Positions 20,272 through 29,540 of a DNA stretch of 63,671 bases are shown piece by piece; position 1 is the stretch's first letter; the number at the start of each line of letters is the position of its first letter. The position numbers and the translations under genes were made by a program. Source of the DNA: Parcubacteria group bacterium (lineage in GTDB: Bacteria > Patescibacteriota > Minisyncoccia > Phycocordibacterales > WO2-35-19); the NCBI GenBank assembly GCA_012514175.1, contig JAAZAU010000011.1, positions 1 through 63,671 of the forward strand, written 5' to 3'. The notes beneath the pieces were generated by a model. That model ran no database searches. It was not told the DNA's origin and worked only from the letters and a program-made list of their open reading frames with translations.

Positions 20272-20892
20272 ATGAAATTTACATTAGCCAAAAAAGTGAA
20301 TATGACTCAGGTTTTTGGAGAAGATGGTAAAGTGACCCCAGTCACTATTTTGAGCGTAACTCCTGCTACTGTTTCCCAGATTAAAACTAAAGATATAGAT
20401 GGCTATAACGCTATCCAAATTGGTTCCGGTGTGCGTCACGATAAAAATATTTCTAAACCCATTAAAGGTCATTTGAAAGATTTAGGTAATTTGGCTGTTT
20501 TGAGAGAGTTTAGGGTTGAAGATGTTTCTTCATATAATAAAGGTGACAAAATTGGGGTGGAAGTTTTTGCGGTTGGCGACAAAGTAGAAGTTTCTGCGGT
20601 TTCCAAGGGCAAAGGTTTTCAGGGAGTAGTCAAAAGACATGGTTTTCGTGGCGGATCTCGCACCCATGGTCAAAAGCACTCTGAAAGAGAGCCAGGTTCT
20701 ATTGGTGGTGGTGGCAGAAGCGCTGGTAGAGTTGTTAAAGGAAAGAAAATGGCTGGAAGAATGGGTGGTGATATGGTTACCGTTAAAAACCTCAAAGTTA
20801 TCGGCATAGATGGTGAGAGTAATATTATGTTGGTCTCAGGTGCTGTTCCGGGTAGGAGAGGAACATTAATTGAAGTGCGAAGTATGAATTAA
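20272..20892 (+). CDS. rplC: 50S ribosomal protein L3
   Basis: KGKGFQGVVKRHGF.GG..THG motif. 206 aa. Confidence 0.95.
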   Translation: MKFTLAKKVNMTQVFGEDGKVTPVTILSVTPATVSQIKTKDIDGYNAIQIGSGVRHDKNISKPIKGHLKDLGNLAVLREFRVEDVSSYNKGDKIGVEVFAVGDKVEVSAVSKGKGFQGVVKRHGFRGGSRTHGQKHSEREPGSIGGGGRSAGRVVKGKKMAGRMGGDMVTVKNLKVIGIDGESNIMLVSGAVPGRRGTLIEVRSMN

Positions 20893-20937
20893 TAATTATG
20901 GAGAATTCATAGTTAATGTTCATAATTCAAAAATAAT

Positions 20938-21597
20938 ATGGAAACGAAAATATACAATCAGCAAGGAAAGGAAACAGGAACAATCAATCTTCCAAAGGCA
21001 GTTTTTGGTTTACCTTGGAAAGAGGCTTTGGTTCATCAAGTAGCTGTATCTATGATGGGTAACAGAAGAATTCCTATAGCTCACACCAAAGATAGGGGTG
21101 AGGTTGCTGGTTCTGGAATAAAACCTTGGAGACAAAAAGGTACCGGTAGGGCTAGACACGGTTCTCGTAGAAGTCCGATTTGGGTTGGAGGCGGTGTGGC
21201 TCATGGTCCTAGAAACGAGAGAGATTATTCCAGAAAGATAAACAAAAAAATGAAGGTTAAAGCCCTCTTTACTACTCTTTCTAAGAAGTTTAAAGACGGA
21301 GAAGTTATTTTTCTTGATAACCTTTCGTTTAAGGCACCAAAAACAAAGGAGGCTAAAGATGTTATTATGTCTCTTTCAAAGATTAAAGAATTTTCGGCTA
21401 TAAATAGAAGAAAAAATTCTGCTTTCATAACTCTTCAAGCCAAAGATGAAAATGTTTCTAAGAGTTTCAATAATTTTAGTAATTTAGAAGTGGGTCAATT
21501 GAAAGATTTGAATGTTTTAGATTTGATGCAATACAAATATTTAGTTATAACTAATCCAGAAAAAGCGATTTCTTCTTTGGAATCAAAATTAAAATAA
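20938..21597 (+). CDS. rplD: 50S ribosomal protein L4
   Basis: KPWRQKGTGRARHGSRRSPIWVGGGVAHGP motif. Confidence 0.95.
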   Translation: METKIYNQQGKETGTINLPKAVFGLPWKEALVHQVAVSMMGNRRIPIAHTKDRGEVAGSGIKPWRQKGTGRARHGSRRSPIWVGGGVAHGPRNERDYSRKINKKMKVKALFTTLSKKFKDGEVIFLDNLSFKAPKTKEAKDVIMSLSKIKEFSAINRRKNSAFITLQAKDENVSKSFNNFSNLEVGQLKDLNVLDLMQYKYLVITNPEKAISSLESKLK

Positions 21598-21607
21598 TAT
21601 TTTTATC

Positions 21608-21895
21608 ATGACTTTAGATTTAAAAGTAAAATATGCAAATGTGCTTCTGAGGCCTAGAATAACTGAAAAGGCTAATTTTGCTGCTGAATCTAATGTGCAC
21701 ACTTTTGAAATTTCCACTTCAGCAACTAAAAAACAAGTCTTGGAAGCTGTGAAAGCTTTTTATAAGGTGACTCCGGTCAAAGTAAATATTGTTAAAAATC
21801 CAGCTAAGACGGTTTTTGTAAGAGGTAAAAAAGGTGTTAAATCAGGTGTTAAAAAAGCTTACGTTTATTTGAAAAAAGGTGACAAGCTTGAATAA
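21608..21895 (+). CDS. rplW: 50S ribosomal protein L23
   Basis: 95 aa with LLRPRITEKA... start, located between L4 and L2. Confidence 0.93.
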   Translation: MTLDLKVKYANVLLRPRITEKANFAAESNVHTFEISTSATKKQVLEAVKAFYKVTPVKVNIVKNPAKTVFVRGKKGVKSGVKKAYVYLKKGDKLE

Positions 21896-21947
21896 GAGAT
21901 GAAAATAATGAATTAATACGAATGATGCGAATATAATAAAAAATAAA

Positions 21948-22799
21948 ATGGCAATAAAAACTTACAAACCAACAACCAAATCAAGAAGACACATTTCCAA
22001 TGTGCTTTACAAAGCTGTTTTGACAGCTGGCAAACCTGTCAAAGCTTTGACTTTTGGAAGAAAAAGAGCAGTCGGCAGGAATAATGCTGGCAGAATAACC
22101 GTTCGTCATAAAGGTTCGGGACACAAAAGATTGTTCAGAGATGTTGATTTCAAATATGACAAAATTGGTATACCTTTTAAGGTTGTCTCAATAGAATACG
22201 ACCCAAACAGAACAGGTTTTATTGGTTTGGCTGTTTATAAAGATGGTGAGAAGAGATACACGCTTTTACCTAGAAATATCAAAGTTGGAGATAATTTCTT
22301 GATCGCTGAAAATGCTGAAATAAAACAAGGTAACAGGTTGCCGCTAAAAAATATTCCAGTTGGTACTTTTGTGTATAATGTAGAACTCAAACCAAAAGGA
22401 GGCGCCAAAATTGCTCGTTCGGCTGGAAACTTTGTGCAAATCATTGCTAAGGATGCTGGTATGGTTGATTTGAAAATGCCTTCTTCAGAGATTCGTAAAG
22501 TTAGGGAAACTTGTTGGGCTTCAATTGGTGAAGTTTCTAATGAAGAAAAAAGACTTGAAAGTTATGGCAAAGCTGGTAGAAGTCGTTGGAAAGGTATTCG
22601 CCCAACAGTTCGGGGCACAGCTCAAAACCCGGTTGATCACCCACACGGTGGAGGTGAAGGGAGACAAGGTAGGGGGCGTAGGAGAGCCGTTTCCCTTTGG
22701 GGTAAGCCAACGGGTAAAGGACAGAAGTCCAGAAGAGCTAAAAAGTATTCTGATAAATTTATTGTTAGTAGAAGAAAAGTAGGTAAGAAGAAAGATTAA
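21948..22799 (+). CDS. rplB: 50S ribosomal protein L2
   Basis: GRNN.GRITVRHKGSGHKR and RGTAQNPVDHPHGGGEG motifs. Confidence 0.97.
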   Translation: MAIKTYKPTTKSRRHISNVLYKAVLTAGKPVKALTFGRKRAVGRNNAGRITVRHKGSGHKRLFRDVDFKYDKIGIPFKVVSIEYDPNRTGFIGLAVYKDGEKRYTLLPRNIKVGDNFLIAENAEIKQGNRLPLKNIPVGTFVYNVELKPKGGAKIARSAGNFVQIIAKDAGMVDLKMPSSEIRKVRETCWASIGEVSNEEKRLESYGKAGRSRWKGIRPTVRGTAQNPVDHPHGGGEGRQGRGRRRAVSLWGKPTGKGQKSRRAKKYSDKFIVSRRKVGKKKD

Positions 22800-22809
22800 T
22801 TCCACTATT

Positions 22810-23298
22810 ATGAATATAAAAATTTCACCAGTAAACATTGAGGAAAGAAAAAAGCTAGATATTAGATCTGGCGATACTGTCAAAGTTACTCAGAAAATAA
22901 TTGAAAAAGACAAAAAGACTGGCAAACCAAAAACTCGTTTGCAAGATTTTGAAGGTTTGTGTCTTTCTGTTAAACACGGCAAAGAAGCTGGTGGCACTTT
23001 TACTTTGAGAAAAGTGGCGAGTGGTGTGGGGGTAGAAAGAATTTTTCCAATTTATTCCCCAATGATTGAAAAGATTGAGATAACTAAACGTTCTAAAGTT
23101 CGTCGAGCCAAGCTTTATCATATTCGCAAAAAGGCCGCTAAAGAAATTAGACGTCAAATGAGAAATGTAAGAGATTTACCAGAAATAGAAGAAACAGAGG
23201 TTACCGAGGAAGTGTCAAATGAAGAAACTCCGGTTGCCGACACTTCTACTCCTGAAGCAGTGGAGCAAACAGAAGAAGTCAAAGAAACCAAAGAATAA
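22810..23298 (+). CDS. rplS: 50S ribosomal protein L19 (acidic C-terminal tail)
   Basis: IRSGDTVKV...RLQDFEGLCLSVKHGKEAGGTFTLRKVASGVGVERIFPIYSP is the L19 core. It sits where S19 is normally found. Confidence 0.9.
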   Translation: MNIKISPVNIEERKKLDIRSGDTVKVTQKIIEKDKKTGKPKTRLQDFEGLCLSVKHGKEAGGTFTLRKVASGVGVERIFPIYSPMIEKIEITKRSKVRRAKLYHIRKKAAKEIRRQMRNVRDLPEIEETEVTEEVSNEETPVADTSTPEAVEQTEEVKETKE

Positions 23299-23314
23299 TT
23301 TAATCTTTAAAAAT

Positions 23315-23350
23315 AAACAGCTCAGCAACTATCGCTGAGCTGTTTGTTGA
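23315..23350 (+). terminator. intrinsic terminator after rplS
   Basis: AAACAGCTCAGC-aactatc-GCTGAGCTGTTT, a 12-bp perfect stem followed by GTTG. Confidence 0.65.
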
Positions 23351-23382
23351 AAAAAGCTGAAAAATAGATATACTTTCTTTAT

Positions 23383-23467
23383 GCCCAGGTGTTGAAATTG
23401 GTAGACAAGCAGCCTTGAGGTGGCTGTGCCGAGAGGCGTGGAGGTTCAAGTCCTCTCCTGGGCACCA
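23383..23467 (+). tRNA. tRNA-Leu(GAG), CCA encoded
   Basis: Acceptor GCCCAGG/CCTGGGC, anticodon arm CAGCC-TTGAGGT-GGCTG, long variable arm, T-arm GGAGGTTCAAGTCCTCC. Confidence 0.9.
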
Positions 23468-23601
23468 AAATTAACTTTTGAAATTAATTATTTAGTGTTT
23501 TTTGTTGTTATTGAATTGTTATTAAAAATTATTTACTCTTCTTGATTTTTAAGATAACATAAAGGTAAGTAATTTAATCTTATAAAACTTAATATAAACT
23601 T

Positions 23602-25062
23602 ATGGCCAACAAACAAGTTTTGGATTACACCAAAAAATCACTTGAAAAAGGATATACAGTTGAGCAAATAAGCACTGCTCTATTAGATCAAGGTTGGAGT
23701 CCAACAGAAATAAATGAAGCTTTACTAAAAGCGCAAGAAACGATCCAACAAAAGCTCGCTAAATCAATTGCACCTCCTGCTCCGCCGAAAAAATCTGAAT
23801 GGAGTATTGATTTGAAAAGTTTGTCCGCTTCTCAGATTTTACTTTATCTTGGTGGGCTTATTATTGTGCTTGCTGGGGCGATTTATATAGGAATCAATTG
23901 GTCACAGTGGGGATTGGTGGCGCGAATTTTTGCTATCTTTTTACCAATGCTGATTTGTTATATTGTTGGTGTTCCAATGTTCTTTAATGATGGGTATAAA
24001 AAACAAAGTGTGGTGTTTTTAGCTGTCGGCTCATTGCTTTTTCCGTTTTTCCTTACGATTTTGTTTACAGAATTAAAAATTTTTGCTCAACCATTTGATA
24101 ACGACTTTTGTCTAGCAGTTTCTTTGTTATCTTTTGTTTTGTATCTTGTCTCTAGTTTTATTTTCCGTTTCCCGATTTGGGCGTTTTTGTATCAAGGGGC
24201 TGGTTTGAGCGTCTTTTATTTTCTCATTGTGTTTGTTGGTGCTGGTAATATTTTTGGTAGGACAACAATGTCTTGGTTGTTTCTTGTGTTAGGTACCGCA
24301 TATTTGTTTTTTAGTTTGCTTTATGACAAAAGTGGGCAAAAAGATGAAGGGCGTTATTCTTATAGATTTGGTACATTGGTCGTTGCTTGGTCATTTATTG
24401 TTTTATTGAATGAGACATTCAGCAATCAAGGGTATTTAGCTTATCTTCTATTTATTTTGGGTGTAGCGTATTTCTTTTTTGGAGTTTTTTGCGAGAAAAA
24501 CAATTTCAGAAAATATTGTCAAGCCCCGTATTTTATTGGTGCTGGTGTGATTTTCTTTTCTTTGTCACGTTTAGCCTCTGGTGGTACTTTACTTAAAAAT
24601 CTTACTGGAAGTGCTGCTCACTACAGTTGGGATATTTTTAATTGGTCATCGCTGATCATCGGTATCGTTTATATGTTTATCGGGTGGGGTATGGAAAAAT
24701 TAAAATACTCACAACTAGAAGAGGCGCCAAAATTCAAAATACTATTTGATGTTATTGGTCCATTATTTGTGCTTGGATCTATACTTAATTTTGGTTCAGG
24801 TGGTAATAAACCTATTTATGAGACCTTATTGTTGCTTTCAAGTCTCGGCTTTATTTTTGGGAGTATTTTGAGATCATCACGTAGTTACCTTTATATCGGA
24901 ACTTTGTTTTTGATAATTTATATTTTTGGCATTGGGTACGAATACTTCCAAGATAAAGTTGGTTGGCCAATCATCTTGTTTGTGGCTGGACTTTTCTCAA
25001 TGGGTATAGGTGTTGCTATTGAAAAAATGAGAAAGAAATATTTTATAACTAACAAGGTTTAG
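23602..25062 (+). CDS. hypothetical polytopic membrane protein
   Basis: 486 aa: soluble helical N-terminal ~70 aa followed by more than 10 TM segments. Confidence 0.6.
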   Translation: MANKQVLDYTKKSLEKGYTVEQISTALLDQGWSPTEINEALLKAQETIQQKLAKSIAPPAPPKKSEWSIDLKSLSASQILLYLGGLIIVLAGAIYIGINWSQWGLVARIFAIFLPMLICYIVGVPMFFNDGYKKQSVVFLAVGSLLFPFFLTILFTELKIFAQPFDNDFCLAVSLLSFVLYLVSSFIFRFPIWAFLYQGAGLSVFYFLIVFVGAGNIFGRTTMSWLFLVLGTAYLFFSLLYDKSGQKDEGRYSYRFGTLVVAWSFIVLLNETFSNQGYLAYLLFILGVAYFFFGVFCEKNNFRKYCQAPYFIGAGVIFFSLSRLASGGTLLKNLTGSAAHYSWDIFNWSSLIIGIVYMFIGWGMEKLKYSQLEEAPKFKILFDVIGPLFVLGSILNFGSGGNKPIYETLLLLSSLGFIFGSILRSSRSYLYIGTLFLIIYIFGIGYEYFQDKVGWPIILFVAGLFSMGIGVAIEKMRKKYFITNKV

Positions 25063-25150
25063 CAGTGTGCCATTAGTTTAGTTTAAAAAATTGGGATAAA
25101 GTGTATGATTAAATTATCAGCGCTGTATTAAGAGTTTATTCAAAAGTTTT

Positions 25151-25798
25151 ATGCTTTACACAAGAGTTGGTGATGATGGAAAAACTGGAAACTTTGGTTG
25201 TGACCAAAGAATTGCTAAGAGTTCTACAATGGCAGAAGCCACAGGTAGTTTAGACGAGATTAATTCGTTTCTCGGTCTTTGTAAGGTCCAATCTGCTTAT
25301 CTTGGTTTTAAAATAAAGGAGAGAAGTCTGTGCGATATTGTTCACGAAATACAAAAAAATCTTTTCATCATTCAGGCGGAAATTTGGAATAATGGTCTGT
25401 CTGCAGAAAAAAATAAAATTATTACTGAAGAAAAAGTTAAAGAATTAGAAGACATAATAGATCAGATTGAAAAAGAATTACCCCCAATAAAATCTTTCTC
25501 TATCGCAGGTGGACCGGTTGATATTACCAAATGGCAACAATCAGCGGCGGGTCTTGGGGCTATATTTGATATTGCTCGCACAATTGCACGTCGTGCTGAG
25601 AGGCGGGTAATTGCTTTAGCAGAGGAAGAGTCTCAACCCTCTCTTTTAGATTCAGAATCAGAGAAAAACAAAAATATAAAACCTGTAAGTAAAAATGTAA
25701 AAAGTTACTTAAATAGACTTTCAAGCGCTCTTTATGCTTTAGCTCGTTATTCTAATCACGTAATGGGTATTAAGGAAGAAGCTCCAGATTATAAATAA
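25151..25798 (+). CDS. ATP:cob(I)alamin adenosyltransferase, PduO/MMAB type
   Basis: N-terminal YTRVGDDGKTG motif characteristic of the PduO-type family. Helical bundle with an internal insertion. Confidence 0.75.
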   Translation: MLYTRVGDDGKTGNFGCDQRIAKSSTMAEATGSLDEINSFLGLCKVQSAYLGFKIKERSLCDIVHEIQKNLFIIQAEIWNNGLSAEKNKIITEEKVKELEDIIDQIEKELPPIKSFSIAGGPVDITKWQQSAAGLGAIFDIARTIARRAERRVIALAEEESQPSLLDSESEKNKNIKPVSKNVKSYLNRLSSALYALARYSNHVMGIKEEAPDYK

Positions 25799-25847
25799 AA
25801 TACTGGAAAATATTAGTTTTTTATGTCACAATAACTAGGTTTAGGAT

Positions 25848-25922
25848 GGTGACTATGGTGTAGTGGTAACACGACAGCTTGTGGAGCTGTTTTCGCCGGT
25901 TCGAGTCCGGCTAGTCACCCCA
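25848..25922 (+). tRNA. tRNA-His(GUG) with encoded G-1 and CCA
   Basis: G-1 + GTGACTA/TAGTCAC acceptor with C73 opposite G-1, anticodon arm ACAGC-TTGTGGA-GCTGT, T-arm GCCGGTTCGAGTCCGGC. Confidence 0.9.
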
Positions 25923-27497
25923 TTCGAGAATGAGTGTTGCAAAAGCAACATTTCGTGCCTCAACAGAGGCGTATTCTCTCAGTCCTAACCTCTCAAATTC
26001 AGCCCTAAATTCAGGGTATGCTTCTTTGATTGGTTGAAACCATTCATTGCCGGTAATGAAGACTTTGCCGTCTTTGATGTAGAAGTTTTGACCTAGTGCC
26101 GAGAATATCTCACGCTTTTTCTGAAGATTACCTGTAACGAACTCTTTTCGGGCATAGCAGGCGAAGTTAAATACCTGTTCAGTAAGGTCCAGCCACTTTG
26201 AGGCACGTCCCTCGGTTTCGCGGAGTTTCGCTTGTAATCGGGCAATTTTATCTTTCAAAATGTCACGTTCTTTCACAAAAGTCTCATCGTCGATAAGATC
26301 GCGGTAACGCATCTTGGTGAGGTTATCGAGCTCAGTCTGCGATTCTACGACAGTCTTGTGTTGCATTTCATAGATCTTGGTACGGTCCTCGATTTCTTTA
26401 TCATTATTGCGATTCAAAGCCTCAATAGCCCAAGTTTGGAATTCAGGAAGGATTGTATATTCCTCAAGCAAGAGTTCGATCTGCTGTTCAAGATCAGAAA
26501 GGGTGATGGGGTTTCGCTTAGGACATGGCACGCCTTTCTTGTGGCCGGTGCAGTGATAGTAGGTGTACACTTTTTTCTGACCCGTTTTCTTTATATCCTT
26601 AACCTTTTCAGTGCCGGTATACATTGCACCGTATAGTCCACATCGAATAAGCCCGGTGAATGCAAACTCATGGGTTTTGGCTCGTGGCTTTTCAGTCCTA
26701 TCAAAGATAGCTTGGACCCGATCGAACTCCTCAAGAGTAATCATCGGCTTGTGATTGCCCCTGTATACTTTCTTGCCCCAGTGAAAGTTTCCGGTATAGA
26801 AAATATTGTTGAACATTTTATAGATCACACTCGGTGCCATCTCTACTCCACCGCTATGTTTGCTCTTTAGGGACCGATAGCCCCACTCTTTATTCGCAAT
26901 CTCCGCAATTTTCTTTGGTGTGTAATTGCCAGTAAGCATAAGGTCCCACATCTTACGGACCAAATGGAAACGTTCAGGATCAGGCAGGATTATATGCTCA
27001 AGTCGCTCGTTGATATAACCAGCAGGCGCCTTCGAAGGGAACCAACCACGATCAGCTTTGCCATGCATGCCTCGCTTGGTATTTTTGCGTAGCTCAATAA
27101 TGAACTGATTAGCCATGCCACTTTCAACACTGAAAAGAAGAACGTTATCATCAGGCAGATATTCTCGTTCCATTGTTTGAATGGATTCGATAATGCCTTT
27201 CTGAAGCATCCAGCTAAGCTTTCCGCTATCGATAGGGTTACGAGCGAGGCGATTGATCTGCCAGCAGAGTATTCCTTTTGCTTCGCCTTTCTCAATACGC
27301 CGAAGCATATCGTTAAAGATTGGTCGGCCTGGTTGCTTGGCCGACTTTGCTTCGGTTAGAATCTCTTTGACTGAAATACCAAGAGAGTTGGCTCGCTCTT
27401 TGAGCCTATTCACCTGGTCCTCGATTGATTGCTCTTGTCGATCCTCTGATTCAGAAGACTTACGAGCATACATGAAATATTGAACGTTTGTCGCCAT
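25911..27497 (-). CDS. large serine recombinase (integrase)
   Basis: N-terminal resolvase domain YARKSSESEDRQEQSIEDQ (Ser nucleophile), recombinase domain, Cys-rich zinc-ribbon region (CGLYG...YYHCTGHKKGVPC) and coiled coil. 528 aa. Confidence 0.88.
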   Translation of the reverse strand: MATNVQYFMYARKSSESEDRQEQSIEDQVNRLKERANSLGISVKEILTEAKSAKQPGRPIFNDMLRRIEKGEAKGILCWQINRLARNPIDSGKLSWMLQKGIIESIQTMEREYLPDDNVLLFSVESGMANQFIIELRKNTKRGMHGKADRGWFPSKAPAGYINERLEHIILPDPERFHLVRKMWDLMLTGNYTPKKIAEIANKEWGYRSLKSKHSGGVEMAPSVIYKMFNNIFYTGNFHWGKKVYRGNHKPMITLEEFDRVQAIFDRTEKPRAKTHEFAFTGLIRCGLYGAMYTGTEKVKDIKKTGQKKVYTYYHCTGHKKGVPCPKRNPITLSDLEQQIELLLEEYTILPEFQTWAIEALNRNNDKEIEDRTKIYEMQHKTVVESQTELDNLTKMRYRDLIDDETFVKERDILKDKIARLQAKLRETEGRASKWLDLTEQVFNFACYARKEFVTGNLQKKREIFSALGQNFYIKDGKVFITGNEWFQPIKEAYPEFRAEFERLGLREYASVEARNVAFATLILEWGD

Positions 27498-27563
27498 AAG
27501 TGGGTAATATTAATTAATAAAGGGTGTTGCTGTGTTACCTTCTTCGTGGGCTGATTGCAAGTC

Positions 27564-28913
27564 TTAGAAGGGCACATCTTCCGCCTTTATCTCACCCACA
27601 TGACTATCTACCCCCGACTCATACGCACTATTTATTTTCTCAGTTTGCTCAAGCTTTCTAATGGCCGTCGTAGGATATGTCAGCAGTTGTCGGCGATCAT
27701 TCGGGTCTGGTTCTTGGAAGATAAGCCCGGCAGATTCGATATTTGGTAGGTAGTCATAGCGGAGTCTGAACATGCCGAGGTTACCGCCATAGAAGTGGGC
27801 ATATTGCTTAAGCATGTCTTGTCTGGTCACACCGATCTTCTTTTCTTCAGGCACAGGATCGCCAAATTCATCTACCTGGTCCCGATTCCATAAAGGCAGA
27901 ATGATTTGCTGGTAGAACTCATAAAGATACGGAGATATTTCAAGCTCTTGAAAGAGTGATATCTTGTCCCAGATTTCAAAACCGGTATCAATATCAAACT
28001 CAGAGGCGTACACCGTTGAGCCTTCACGCTTACGATGCCAAACATTGAGAAGGGTGACTGACTTGATGATGGAGTAAATACGTTTGATGTCGCGTTGATT
28101 TCTCGGTTGAGGATTTTTGATATGAGCCAGGAATCTATCCTGAACCAATTTCTCATTTTCGATAATAATTTCATCAATACCTTCAGCTTTGATAGCTTGA
28201 ATGCGTTTTATAAGAGCCTTACGGAGAGGATTTTCATTGAGTTCTTTGTAGTATTTCTTTTTGTCAGACTCCTTACGAGAAGATTGATGGATACCGGCAA
28301 AGATTTTCTCCTGATTTATCTCGGGACTAAGAAGAAGGAAACGAGTCATCTCTTGCTGGTCCATTTTGGCATTGGCTGAGCAGAATATAACTGAAGGAAA
28401 GCCTCTCACAACAGCCGTCTTTGTTTTGGTTCCACCTTTCTGAGTCTTGTCAGTAATCTTGTGCCTTGTTTCTTTCTCATCGTGAGATAGAAGTGATCGC
28501 AGTTTAGTAAGGAGTGTCGCATGAGGCATATCAAGGAAAATGATGATCTTTCTTGATAGGTCAATGAAGTGCTCATTGGTCTCTTTTTTGTACACACCAG
28601 TCTCATGGAGAAATGAAGTTGGCGATGCGCCAGCAAGTTTCATCACATCTTCCTGTGGAAAGAGGTGAGATATCTCAAGCGGTATAAAACTTTTACCAGA
28701 AGACGATGGTGCGTTAAAGCTGATATTGAATTGTGCATTGTCGGTATATGCCGCAAGCATGGCAAGAAAGGTGATAATTTTATTGCCATCATCTTTCTTG
28801 ATAGTAAGGTCCAATACTTCCCGGACCTGATCGAGAGTGATTGGTTCGGGCAGAGTAATGCGGTCCTTAATCTTGTCGAGTTCCTCTTTGATTGTAAGTG
28901 ACTGTAGGTTCAT
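27564..28913 (-). CDS. P-loop NTPase, putative replication/helicase-like protein
   Basis: Walker A NAPSSSGKS and Walker B-like IIIFLDM. 449 aa, lying next to the recombinase. Confidence 0.45.
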   Translation of the reverse strand: MNLQSLTIKEELDKIKDRITLPEPITLDQVREVLDLTIKKDDGNKIITFLAMLAAYTDNAQFNISFNAPSSSGKSFIPLEISHLFPQEDVMKLAGASPTSFLHETGVYKKETNEHFIDLSRKIIIFLDMPHATLLTKLRSLLSHDEKETRHKITDKTQKGGTKTKTAVVRGFPSVIFCSANAKMDQQEMTRFLLLSPEINQEKIFAGIHQSSRKESDKKKYYKELNENPLRKALIKRIQAIKAEGIDEIIIENEKLVQDRFLAHIKNPQPRNQRDIKRIYSIIKSVTLLNVWHRKREGSTVYASEFDIDTGFEIWDKISLFQELEISPYLYEFYQQIILPLWNRDQVDEFGDPVPEEKKIGVTRQDMLKQYAHFYGGNLGMFRLRYDYLPNIESAGLIFQEPDPNDRRQLLTYPTTAIRKLEQTEKINSAYESGVDSHVGEIKAEDVPF

Positions 28914-29127
28914 TGTTTTGTAATTTATGTGTTAGTAATGGAAGTGTTTCGAGTCGTCGCTTATGAATAAGCTCATGCTCTTCTTTGGTCATTGGCTTGT
29001 AGACGAGTTCCATCAAGCGCAAAAGCTGAGTCCCTTTTGCAAGAGCCTCATCTTTGCTTATATCCATTCCAAAACGAGCCTTGTAGAGCTCTTGGAATTT
29101 CTTGATGTCTGCGTCCAAAAGCAACAT
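28867..29127 (-). CDS. small hypothetical protein (paralog of 37487..37741)
   Basis: Shares the F.E....G.DI.D.A......LL.LM..VYKP..K pattern with the 84-aa ORF at 37487. Confidence 0.5.
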   Translation of the reverse strand: MLLLDADIKKFQELYKARFGMDISKDEALAKGTQLLRLMELVYKPMTKEEHELIHKRRLETLPLLTHKLQNNEPTVTYNQRGTRQD

Positions 29128-29129
29128 AG

Positions 29130-29405
29130 CTATTCCGAGTAAAGCTTGTTCTTCAGAGCTTTAATGCTGTCGAACATAGAACGAGCCTTCACCTCGACCT
29201 CGTCAGTGAAGTATTTGTTGGCGTACTCCTCGATACGAGGCTCACGCTTGAACATAAACAAGGCTTTGCGCGGGTTATCGCGGTCCAGAGATTCAAGTTT
29301 GAATCCGAGACACAGCAAAAAGCTGGCACAGCCCAAGTCGTATGTCGTAAAGACATCTGATGGATCGGAATCTTCCGATGACCATCTGGTTTTCTTTTTG
29401 ATCAT
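29130..29405 (-). CDS. small protein, DUF5659-like
   Basis: TTYDLGCASFLLCLGFKLESLDRDNPRKALFMFK...ALKNKLY pattern, recalled from the DUF5659 family common in mobile elements. Confidence 0.5.
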   Translation of the reverse strand: MIKKKTRWSSEDSDPSDVFTTYDLGCASFLLCLGFKLESLDRDNPRKALFMFKREPRIEEYANKYFTDEVEVKARSMFDSIKALKNKLYSE

Positions 29406-29540
29406 GGGTAATCGAATTAATTGGTAATGAATGCTCTAAACAAAAAGCCAAAGCATTGTGCTTTGACTGTATTCGTCCGAGGGGAATAAATGGACGGAAC
29501 GATTATGGGTTTATTGTGGGCTTAATGTGCCCGAGTGTGA

